This document shows positions 56,299-64,000 of a DNA stretch of 64,000 nt, in pieces. The translations under genes and the position numbers were made by a program. How positions within the stretch are numbered: position 1 is the first letter of the stretch; the number at the start of each line of letters is the position of its first letter. This DNA is from a virus (Duplodnaviria; Heunggongvirae; Uroviricota; Caudoviricetes), in the IMG/VR virus record IMGVR_UViG_3300035698_015309, one strand, 5' to 3'. Below the pieces are notes generated by a model, which was given only the letters and a program-made list of their open reading frames with translations, did no database searches and was not told the DNA's origin.

Positions 56299-57582
56299 TT
56301 AAGCATCCACCTCTTCAGGTAAATGACCCCGACGACCAGTTATAGTCGAGGATTCGTCCTTGGGAATCTCACCCAAGTTACTACGCATGCCTGTATCATT
56401 ACAGGAGCTGGTAGCAGCCCTGTGAGGGCGACTATTCTTTGGTTTCAGGAACTCGTCCCTTAACCACGACCAAGCCTTCGGACGTAAAGTATGTTTTCGG
56501 GATCTTCCTTCCAGGTTAATCCGAGAACCCCCACGACCTGTAAGCTTGTCCGTAAAACGTTGACTCTCTAAAAATCCTTGACCCCTGCGAGCTATCACTA
56601 ACGCTGCAGCAGTGTGGACATTCAAAGAGTACATATCCTGATATTTCAATTTGCCCAAGATGGAGGTGAACGCAGGGTTGACATCCATAACCTCAACACC
56701 CATCTTAGTTGCTCGGGACCTGATAGCATCGAGCATCTGCTTATGGAGGAAGTTGTGTTTCATCCGATTGAACTTAGGACCCTTTTGTTTACCTGCACGG
56801 AAACTCAATTGTTCAAGTACCAGGGGTTTCCTGGTGAGGAAAGCAAACAAGACCACTTGGGCTGCGAGCAACCGGATATCATAGGTCCGCTTCTCTGATC
56901 TAGCAAAACGGATACGTTGTTCGTTCTCGTAGTGGTGATGGACTAGCTGGCCCTGGGCGTTTGTCTCAACGACTGCAAGACCATCAGGGTTGCAATCGAT
57001 CCCAATGGCTCCCTGACTGACAGGTTTCGTTACGATCCGAGGAGTTGGAAACTCCGAGGAGATCTTGACCTCGACTTGACCTTTTCGATAGATAAGCCTC
57101 ACGTCGTAACAATCAGGATTGAAGTCAAACTTCTTGGGCATCCAGAATATACCCTCGATCCAACGTCCTCTTTCTGAAGGATCGTTGACAAGGATCTTGT
57201 TCCCTTGGATACGGATGTTGGGGTTGCCCTTGTGTGACTTGTCGCCTCGGGAGTAGAGGAGTGCGTTTCTTTTCTGTACCCAGTCCTCCTTGGAGAGTTT
57301 GCCTCTTTGGAGGTCTCTCCAAGCCCGCTTACCCCCAAAGATCACCGAGGGTACATTACGCTTTTGGGCCGCAAACCCACAGGCATCAGCGATGTATCGC
57401 TGGTTCAGGTCAGTCATGTAGTGCGGTTTTAGTGCTCGCTTGACAGGGTTCCCAAAGTCCCCTGTCCGTCGCATTTGTTGATAAGCTGCCCGAACTGCAG
57501 AGGCTTGAACCTTCATGAGGAAGAGAATCCGGCCCCTTTCTGGATCGGGAAACCAAGCTCTGCCGTGGGTTACCTTCCTCAT
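56299..57582 (-). CDS. tnpB: TnpB-related protein lacking Zn finger, His at the RuvC-III position
   Basis: IGIDCN, VLEQLSF, VNPAFTSILG..KY...NVHTAAALVIARR; TTGACT-N17-TATCCT promoter just upstream. Confidence 0.85.
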   Translation of the reverse strand: MRKVTHGRAWFPDPERGRILFLMKVQASAVRAAYQQMRRTGDFGNPVKRALKPHYMTDLNQRYIADACGFAAQKRNVPSVIFGGKRAWRDLQRGKLSKEDWVQKRNALLYSRGDKSHKGNPNIRIQGNKILVNDPSERGRWIEGIFWMPKKFDFNPDCYDVRLIYRKGQVEVKISSEFPTPRIVTKPVSQGAIGIDCNPDGLAVVETNAQGQLVHHHYENEQRIRFARSEKRTYDIRLLAAQVVLFAFLTRKPLVLEQLSFRAGKQKGPKFNRMKHNFLHKQMLDAIRSRATKMGVEVMDVNPAFTSILGKLKYQDMYSLNVHTAAALVIARRGQGFLESQRFTDKLTGRGGSRINLEGRSRKHTLRPKAWSWLRDEFLKPKNSRPHRAATSSCNDTGMRSNLGEIPKDESSTITGRRGHLPEEVDA

Positions 57583-57705
57583 AGTTCAAAGGATACAGAG
57601 GGCATTCCTCCAAGTCAAGTCTTTTCCTCATGTGTTTTGTGTGTGGCCATCTTTGCCCAGGTTTGTCCAACTTTTCAGGAAGCAGGTTCAACCTCCTGGC
57701 ATCAT

Positions 57706-58167
57706 CTACTCGCTGACAGCTTCTTCGGCACGGGTCTTGGGAATTTGCATTGCGGTTTGTGTGGCTTCCTTGGACTCATATACGCTGTCCTCGGGGAAGC
57801 TCACGTCGGGCACCTCACGCATCCTGTAGAAGATAGACACGCCACTCGGGCGTCCAATGATGTACATCATTTGAATTGAAACGAGACGAGGAGAAAGAAC
57901 GAACTGGCCGGTGCGTTTGGCCATCCCCTGGCAGGAGGGGCAGACTCGGGCGTGTCCCTGGGGAGATGCCAGTCTTCCTGTGGACCCGCACTGGGGGCAT
58001 GCTACGTTCACCATTTCGGCTTCGTGATCTACAACCCAGACTTCTTGGTTCACATCGTAGAGGGTAGAAACGTCCACTTTTCTACCCTCCACAGTAATGG
58101 GTAATGACTTTCCCACAAAGTTTTGATAGGAGCGCCCCACAAAAGGCACCTTTCCAACCGAGTTCAT
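57706..58167 (-). CDS. Zn-finger hypothetical protein (start uncertain)
   Basis: CPQCGSTG...CPSCQG. Confidence 0.5.
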   Translation of the reverse strand: MNSVGKVPFVGRSYQNFVGKSLPITVEGRKVDVSTLYDVNQEVWVVDHEAEMVNVACPQCGSTGRLASPQGHARVCPSCQGMAKRTGQFVLSPRLVSIQMMYIIGRPSGVSIFYRMREVPDVSFPEDSVYESKEATQTAMQIPKTRAEEAVSE

Positions 58168-59233
58168 AAGCTCCGATATCCCAGGCTGGTCCTTGGGGTC
58201 TTGGTGTACCTATGTGATCATCATCCACTATTCCTGCAAGATTTTTCCCATTGTCTTCTAGAGGTGAACCTGTTGGGAAAGTAAAAACCTGATTTGCAGC
58301 ATCTGTAAACAGAGGATTCGTGGTCTGGGAGTTGATCGGGGGCGTGTAATTGACGTAGTCGGTTCCGTTGCCGAAGAACAAATTACTGTCCGGGGCGTTG
58401 GGAGTATTGACCGAGGCGGACCTATAAATCCCCGTCCCACAATTGACAAAAGCGTTATTGTCAAGAGCAGCTATACCATCGTTTACTCCAAGCTGGATAC
58501 CCTGGGTACAGTTATAGAACGTATTATTGTTTACCCCACCTGTAGTGGTGCTGAAACGGTCTCCTTGGATACCATAATCCAAATCAGCGAAAATACAATT
58601 GCGAACAGTTCCATAACGCAAAGTGCATAGTCCGTGACCGGGATTGACACCGTCGCCAATGAATTTGCAACGCTCAGCTAACTGTGTTGTTGTGTAGAAG
58701 TTGTACACCCCATGCCCGCTCTCTACAAAGAACGTGCTATCCTTAACCACGAAATTAGAGAGAGATGCCGGGTAGAGTCCTATGCCATTACCCGTGCAAG
58801 TAAACTTGCACTCCTGAACAGTCCACCCATCAGCCGCAGCCGGTACCGGACCAAGATCGATTCCACGACCAAAACTCGGGACAGTAAATTCGCAGTTATC
58901 AATGACGCCGTCGTTGCATCCCTGAATCCCAATGAACTTGTCAACTGTTCCAACACCAAGAGCAAGTTTTAGTCCTTGAATTAGCATAATGTCGGATTCC
59001 GCAACCCACAAATAAGCAGGTGAACCAGAAGGTCTAACCGTAATCAGTCCCTCGTCACCGGGAGCTGGCTTGATGGTCAGCCCATTTAGCAGAAAATGGG
59101 TGTGTGGCTCATCGAAAGTTGTCGGGGCACCCCCTGTAGCGTGATAGAGGAATGAGTCCCCTACGCCAGCAGCAAGATAGGCCACTGCTACCGTGGCATA
59201 AGTCTGTCCTACGCCTATGTCCAGATCAGCCAT
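58082..59233 (-). CDS. right-handed beta-helix protein (virion/tailspike-like)
   Basis: Repeated xNCxF/NNTF turns; C-terminal GSPLEDNG...PRPQG..WDIGAYE. Confidence 0.75.
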   Translation of the reverse strand: MADLDIGVGQTYATVAVAYLAAGVGDSFLYHATGGAPTTFDEPHTHFLLNGLTIKPAPGDEGLITVRPSGSPAYLWVAESDIMLIQGLKLALGVGTVDKFIGIQGCNDGVIDNCEFTVPSFGRGIDLGPVPAAADGWTVQECKFTCTGNGIGLYPASLSNFVVKDSTFFVESGHGVYNFYTTTQLAERCKFIGDGVNPGHGLCTLRYGTVRNCIFADLDYGIQGDRFSTTTGGVNNNTFYNCTQGIQLGVNDGIAALDNNAFVNCGTGIYRSASVNTPNAPDSNLFFGNGTDYVNYTPPINSQTTNPLFTDAANQVFTFPTGSPLEDNGKNLAGIVDDDHIGTPRPQGPAWDIGAYELGWKGAFCGALLSKLCGKVITHYCGG

Positions 59234-60822
59234 TAGGGGACCTCAGCCCATACCACTGGTGGATTGAACTCGATGATGGTTGCGGAACGGGTAACACCTA
59301 CCACCTGAAGGAAGTCACCGCTGCCAGGGACCGCTTGCTGCATCGTTCCTGCAACCGTGACGTGAAGATACAAAGCTCCCGCCCGACCACCAACCGCCCA
59401 GCCCCAAGCGTCATTACGGAAAAGACCCCGTTGAAGAACCAGCATTGGGGTAGAGGCTGCAACAGCAGCGGCGTCCACGGTCTCCAGTACGAGGTACCGG
59501 ACAGGGAGAAGCCCCGTAGCATCCCCGAGCGCCTTCGCCGCCTTCCCGTTGGCATCAATGTACATGATGTCACCAACGGCGGCGGTCTCTGCAAAGGGGA
59601 GATTGTGGGTGCTTCCCGACCACTCCAGGTCAGCGAGGGTTGTGCTCTCTTGGAGGTAGAGGGCTTCTTCGGGATGCTGAAGCGGTTCCTCCCTGTCCGT
59701 GAGCAGAGCGTGCGAGGCTGTAACCCCACCGGAGCTAACCAGGGATGACCTGTTACCTGTGATGTATGTGAGATCCTCGATGCGGCATTTGCCCGTTGTT
59801 CCATACGAGGCATTCGTTCGGAATGTAAGACGAACAAAAACAGTAGACTCCGTGACTAACGTAAGGAAGTCACCATATTGCAGTTCCCTGTAGTCCTCAC
59901 CCTGAGCTTCAGCGAGAGACGAGTATTGTATTTGCGGTTGGATCCACAGGATGCGATAAGTTTGTGAAGCGACATCTGCTGTTGTGGGGATAGCAATCCC
60001 ATAGACGTTCAGGTATTTTCCGTTGCTGGCAGTGTCCTCACTGAACGTCCCCGTTCCAGGATTGTACGTGTTGCAGTACATATAGGAAGCGGCACTGCGG
60101 TAAGGGACGACGGCGGTGTTATCGTAAGCCGAAATACCGGCTCCTGTGAGTCGCATCGTCGTGTATGTCCCCTGGATCCAGGCAGCAATTGTGGTTTGCA
60201 AATCCTCATCCTGAACGACTCCCTGATCGACTCCCGGCGTGTTGTCCGCATCAGCGGGTGCCCCCGGTTGGATTGTATAGGTGCCCCCCGTGAGTGTCAG
60301 TCCGCTGTCCCGGAACGTCCCAATCTGATAGTGTAGTACCTCGTGGCTTTGCCAAGGCATCAGTCCATGACATTCCCGCTGGGAGAAGCTCACCCCCGCT
60401 GGCTGCTCATAGTTCACATAGGCAACCAGACCTTCGTAGTACTCCCAAAATGTTGTGGACCACGACAAGGTAGGAACGGTGGGTGGCCCTCCTGCAAGGA
60501 CATAGGTAAGATAATAAATGTTTGCAGCAGCGGTGTGGGCGGAACTTACCCAGGGGCTGGCAACAGTGTATTCCACCCCATTGAACAGCACCTTTATGCC
60601 ACCGCCTTGGGTGACCGTAACTTGGCGAGTCGTGGAGTCGTAGCTGACCGTCACGTTCTCAGGGCGTGAAAACCCTGTAGGATCCTGTTGGCTGTCCCTC
60701 TGTGTTGTCAGACTGGCGACCCCCGGAACAGTTGGGTTGGGATAGGTTCCAGCAAGGTCGCCTCCGGCAGGACCAGAGGGAGGTCCCTCAATTCCCTGAT
60801 TGAATCCTCCACCAGTGGGCAT
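59233..60822 (-). CDS. putative tail fibre/virion structural protein
   Basis: GPAGGDLAGTYPNPTV motif; T/G/A-rich. Confidence 0.6.
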   Translation of the reverse strand: MPTGGGFNQGIEGPPSGPAGGDLAGTYPNPTVPGVASLTTQRDSQQDPTGFSRPENVTVSYDSTTRQVTVTQGGGIKVLFNGVEYTVASPWVSSAHTAAANIYYLTYVLAGGPPTVPTLSWSTTFWEYYEGLVAYVNYEQPAGVSFSQRECHGLMPWQSHEVLHYQIGTFRDSGLTLTGGTYTIQPGAPADADNTPGVDQGVVQDEDLQTTIAAWIQGTYTTMRLTGAGISAYDNTAVVPYRSAASYMYCNTYNPGTGTFSEDTASNGKYLNVYGIAIPTTADVASQTYRILWIQPQIQYSSLAEAQGEDYRELQYGDFLTLVTESTVFVRLTFRTNASYGTTGKCRIEDLTYITGNRSSLVSSGGVTASHALLTDREEPLQHPEEALYLQESTTLADLEWSGSTHNLPFAETAAVGDIMYIDANGKAAKALGDATGLLPVRYLVLETVDAAAVAASTPMLVLQRGLFRNDAWGWAVGGRAGALYLHVTVAGTMQQAVPGSGDFLQVVGVTRSATIIEFNPPVVWAEVP

Positions 60823-60862
60823 TTTACACCTCCTCGGAAATACCTAGTCAAACATGAAGCTC

Positions 60863-61186
60863 TCAGTATGCTTTTGGGCTTAAGGCAGACTGAACTAGGT
60901 CCACGGACACGGTGCCTGTGTTTGCTGTCCAGATAACCCTGAGATTTTGGAAGTTCCCAGACACGGCGATGCTGTCCGTGGTCGTGACGGTTCCGGAGAT
61001 GGGCACCCAACGGATGAGGCCCGGATGTACAGGTTCCGCTGCCGCTTCGACCCAAACATTCCCAGCCGCCGAGAGGGTCACAAGGAAAAGAACACGGAAT
61101 CCATCCTGGGATCGTACCATCTCTGCATTGTCTGCCCCAGCAACTGAGGCTTCCACAAACCCGTAGGTCTCATTCAGGTCAAGCAT
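60863..61186 (-). CDS. putative virion protein, tandem paralog
   Basis: DGFR.LFLVTLSAAG.VWVEAA shared with 61195..61515. Confidence 0.7.
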   Translation of the reverse strand: MLDLNETYGFVEASVAGADNAEMVRSQDGFRVLFLVTLSAAGNVWVEAAAEPVHPGLIRWVPISGTVTTTDSIAVSGNFQNLRVIWTANTGTVSVDLVQSALSPKAY

Positions 61187-61194
61187 CTATCACC

Positions 61195-61515
61195 TCAATA
61201 AACGTCGGGGATGAGGGCTGACTGGAGCAAATCGACCGTAACCAACCCGGCGTTACCGCTCCACGCTACCCTCAAGTTGGTGACGTTCCCCTCCAGGGGG
61301 ATCTCGCCTGAAACTGTGACGGTAGCCGATACAGGTACCCAGCGGATGGGTGACACCCCCGGATCAACAGCGGCCTCGACCCACACGATCCCTGCTGCAG
61401 AGAGTGTCACAAGGAACAGATGGCGGAAGCCATCTCGGGGTCGGGTCACAAGGGCAGTTCCTGAGACAGCACCAGAGGCTGTTACAAGTCCGTAGACGGT
61501 GTTCACTTTGAGCAT
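61195..61515 (-). CDS. putative virion protein, tandem paralog
   Basis: Paralog of 60863..61186. Confidence 0.7.
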   Translation of the reverse strand: MLKVNTVYGLVTASGAVSGTALVTRPRDGFRHLFLVTLSAAGIVWVEAAVDPGVSPIRWVPVSATVTVSGEIPLEGNVTNLRVAWSGNAGLVTVDLLQSALIPDVY

Positions 61516-61695
61516 AGCCCCTCCCTACGGAGTGGGCCTAATAACCGCTCTACCGAGCCGACAGGTGCTGTACCAGTAGACATCTTGGGTCTACTGGTTA
61601 TAGTGGGGGTATCGTCTGCTTCGGTAAGAAGGCTTGTATTTTCTGTTTTCCTTTAGTAAACTACGATCATGGGGTTGGGAACTTAAGGTGGCTAA

Positions 61696-62967
61696 ATGAT
61701 TAGGTCTTCTGCCCATAGTTTGCGGTTTACAAACCCAGGTAAGGTGCAATTGGTAGGAGAGCTTATCGGAGAGTACCGCCTTTTTACCCAACAAATCATA
61801 AACGATATATGGGAGAATGGTTTTTCAACATGGGGAGTTCATCCAAGCTCAAACAGGCTGGATTTCAAAGGTAAGAGCCTTCTACCCACAAAATACCTCA
61901 AACAGTTCCCAACAGAGATGTCAGCAAGGCTTCAACAAGCTGCTGGTAAACAAGCTATCATGATGCTCAAGGCAGCAACAGAAAAACGACGGAAACAACT
62001 TTTTGTGTTAGCCAACCTTCAGCGAGAAGGAGGCAAGTACAAACGCCTTCAGTCGAAAATTGACCAGCAACCTCTTGTTAAGCCAAACGCTTCAGGAATC
62101 AAGCTGGAATTAGATTCACGCTTTGTGGGTTTCCAAGAGACAGACCTCTTTTTGTTTGTCCAACTCTCATCCCTTGGGACTCCATACATTAGAATCCCTA
62201 TCAAAAGAACTCGATGTTCTAACAAGTGGCAGACTAAGGGGATCCTGAAAGTGTGTGTTAGAATCTCTGAGGACACACTACATTTAGTTTACGAAGTACC
62301 AAACAAAAACGCTTCAGGGAGTCAGGTAGTTGGTGCAGACCAAGGTATAACAACTGCGCTGACTCTTTCAAATGGTGCAACGACACTGTCGTGTCCTCAC
62401 GGGCATAACCTCCAAACGATCCAAGCAAAACTTGCTCGTAAGCAAAAGGGATCGAATGGTTTTCGTTGCGCCCAAGAGCATCGTAAAAACTACATTCATT
62501 GGTCATTGAACCAACTCAACTTCAAGGACGTAAGGGAAGTTCGTTTTGAAAAGATCAAGCATCTCCGCTTATCAAAGCGGAGTTCACGATACATGTCACA
62601 TTGGCGTTACACTTTGATCAAAGACAAACTTGTTCGTCTCTCAGAGGAGGAAGGTTTCCTTTTTCGAGAGGTTGCGAACGAGTTCAGGTCTCAGAGGTGT
62701 AGCTTGTGTGGCTGGGTCCGTAAGAGTAACAGGAAAGGCAAGACGTTCAAATGTGGCAAATGTGGCTTTACCACTGATGCTGATTTGAATGCGGCTTCCA
62801 ACTTGAAACTCGGTCTCTTTGAGATCCCATGGTGGGTACGGCTAAGTCAAATAAATCGCAAAGGGTTCTTTTGGACTTCTGATGGTTTGTTTGACGAAGG
62901 GCGGGAGTCTATAGTCCCCGCCACTATAAAAGACAATGAAAGTAAAAAATTACTACAGCATTGTTGA
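61696..62967 (+). CDS. tnpB: TnpB nuclease (solo)
   Basis: VVGADQG, RFEKIK, SQRCSLCG..CGKCG, DADLNAASNL; more AT-rich than flanks. Confidence 0.9.
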   Translation: MIRSSAHSLRFTNPGKVQLVGELIGEYRLFTQQIINDIWENGFSTWGVHPSSNRLDFKGKSLLPTKYLKQFPTEMSARLQQAAGKQAIMMLKAATEKRRKQLFVLANLQREGGKYKRLQSKIDQQPLVKPNASGIKLELDSRFVGFQETDLFLFVQLSSLGTPYIRIPIKRTRCSNKWQTKGILKVCVRISEDTLHLVYEVPNKNASGSQVVGADQGITTALTLSNGATTLSCPHGHNLQTIQAKLARKQKGSNGFRCAQEHRKNYIHWSLNQLNFKDVREVRFEKIKHLRLSKRSSRYMSHWRYTLIKDKLVRLSEEEGFLFREVANEFRSQRCSLCGWVRKSNRKGKTFKCGKCGFTTDADLNAASNLKLGLFEIPWWVRLSQINRKGFFWTSDGLFDEGRESIVPATIKDNESKKLLQHC

Positions 62968-62969
62968 CT

Positions 62970-63884
62970 ATGAAGACGAATGTTTGTCAACGTTGTGGTA
63001 GAGATTGGGACACAGTTAAGAAATTTGCTCGTGGGATGTGCAAAAGTTGTTATAACTACCACCATCCTACAAAAAGGAGACAAGCGTTAGATGACGGTGC
63101 TCTTCAGGAAAGGTTCTGGAAAAAGGTGTCTGTCCTAAAGGAAGATGATTGTTGGTTGTGGCAGGCATCCTGTACCGGGAAGGGTTACGGTCAGTTTATG
63201 ATGAATGGGAAACCCTGGATGGCACACAGAGTAGCTTGGGCTTTAACTCACTTGAAAGAACCGGGAAAATCCTGTGTTTTGCATTCCTGTGACACACCTG
63301 GCTGTTGCAATCCTAAACATCTTAGACTAGGCACACATAAACAAAATTCTGAGGACATGGTCAGGAAACGGCGGCATGCTCTCCACAAGGCAACGGACTA
63401 CGCCCGAGATGCCACCTCGCTTTTACGACTGGTTTTGGAGGAGAGCATTTCTTCAGGGTTGCGAGCGGAAGTACTCTACCCCTGGACCTTCAGGATGGCA
63501 TCCACGAGGGCCAGCTTTCCACCAGGGATCTTGCAGGCCCCGACGATCCTCAGGTGGTGGGCGGCGTACTTCCGCAGGGTCTTGAGGCTCTCCTCCAAGA
63601 GCTGGAAGTTGTCGCAGCCGTCCAGCCGGGCGTACTCGGCCTCATCCAGCCGGTGGTTCTTCGCATCGATCTTCTTCTCGGCCTTCTTGACCTTGCGGCT
63701 CTTCTTGACCGCCGAACCCTTGGACATCGTCGCCATCGTGGAGGAGGGGAGCTGGTGGGCGTGGTGTCCAATCACCTTGTACTTGCACACCCGCATCTTC
63801 ATCTGGTCGACGTCATGGGGGATGCACACAACGTCCGCCGGGTCCACCTTGCAGATCACGATGCGGCTTCCGTCCCCGGCGTGA
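62970..63884 (+). CDS. HNH homing-endonuclease-like protein
   Basis: RFWKKV..CWLW..GYGQF..AHRVAW..VLHSCDTPGCCNPKHLRLGTHKQN; ORF runs into the convergent gene. Confidence 0.85.
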   Translation: MKTNVCQRCGRDWDTVKKFARGMCKSCYNYHHPTKRRQALDDGALQERFWKKVSVLKEDDCWLWQASCTGKGYGQFMMNGKPWMAHRVAWALTHLKEPGKSCVLHSCDTPGCCNPKHLRLGTHKQNSEDMVRKRRHALHKATDYARDATSLLRLVLEESISSGLRAEVLYPWTFRMASTRASFPPGILQAPTILRWWAAYFRRVLRLSSKSWKLSQPSSRAYSASSSRWFFASIFFSAFLTLRLFLTAEPLDIVAIVEEGSWWAWCPITLYLHTRIFIWSTSWGMHTTSAGSTLQITMRLPSPA

Positions 63885-64000
63885 AAGGTGCTGGCATAGC
63901 CCAGCGCCCCGACGTGGTAGCCGATGTGGCACGCCTTCGTCGGGTCGTCCGAGATCTTGTTACGGGGCATCTCGTGTTCGGACCCGATGGTGTTCGCCAC
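63476..64000 (-). CDS. rIIB: rIIB-like protein, C-terminal part (5' end outside window)
   Basis: C.IGYHVG...CKVDPADVVCIP.D...KMRVCKY.V resembles the T4 RIIB C-terminus. Confidence 0.7.
   Translation of the reverse strand: MANTIGSEHEMPRNKISDDPTKACHIGYHVGALGYASTFHAGDGSRIVICKVDPADVVCIPHDVDQMKMRVCKYKVIGHHAHQLPSSTMATMSKGSAVKKSRKVKKAEKKIDAKNHRLDEAEYARLDGCDNFQLLEESLKTLRKYAAHHLRIVGACKIPGGKLALVDAILKVQG

Noticed and set aside
1-64000. tRNA/rRNA genes or stop-codon reassignment
   Set aside because: No cloverleaf/TpsiC signature noticed; recognisable genes end cleanly at TAA, TAG and TGA

Overview
This window looks like part of a large, fairly GC-rich dsDNA phage genome. The evidence is densely packed small hypothetical ORFs, an rIIB-like gene, tail-fibre/beta-helix genes, a PG-binding endolysin, a phage-borne sigma factor and nucleotide-metabolism genes (PurA-like, Nudix, deoxyribosyltransferase-like, phosphoesterases). 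I saw no rRNA, tRNA or CRISPR array. The window is unusually loaded with TnpB elements: 5 full tnpB genes, 1 truncated copy, 2 IS607 serine-recombinase tnpA genes and 3 protein-less mini-elements that keep only the omega-RNA-bearing end. Six IS607-type right ends share a GG|T junction, and removing one element restores an interrupted gene in frame. The most unusual host features are: (i) two giant proteins built from 11 tandem copies of an integrase core-binding-like module with no catalytic domain, next to a sigma factor, an excisionase-like HTH and a motif-rich non-coding region; (ii) a 12-copy GATCATCT-N12-GAGTAG promoter, with signs of cassette shuffling; (iii) a family of otherwise diverse proteins sharing a short MKL(L/M)TAx(D/E)Y tag that resembles a capsid-targeting signal. 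All annotations come from reading motifs by eye; no database search was run.
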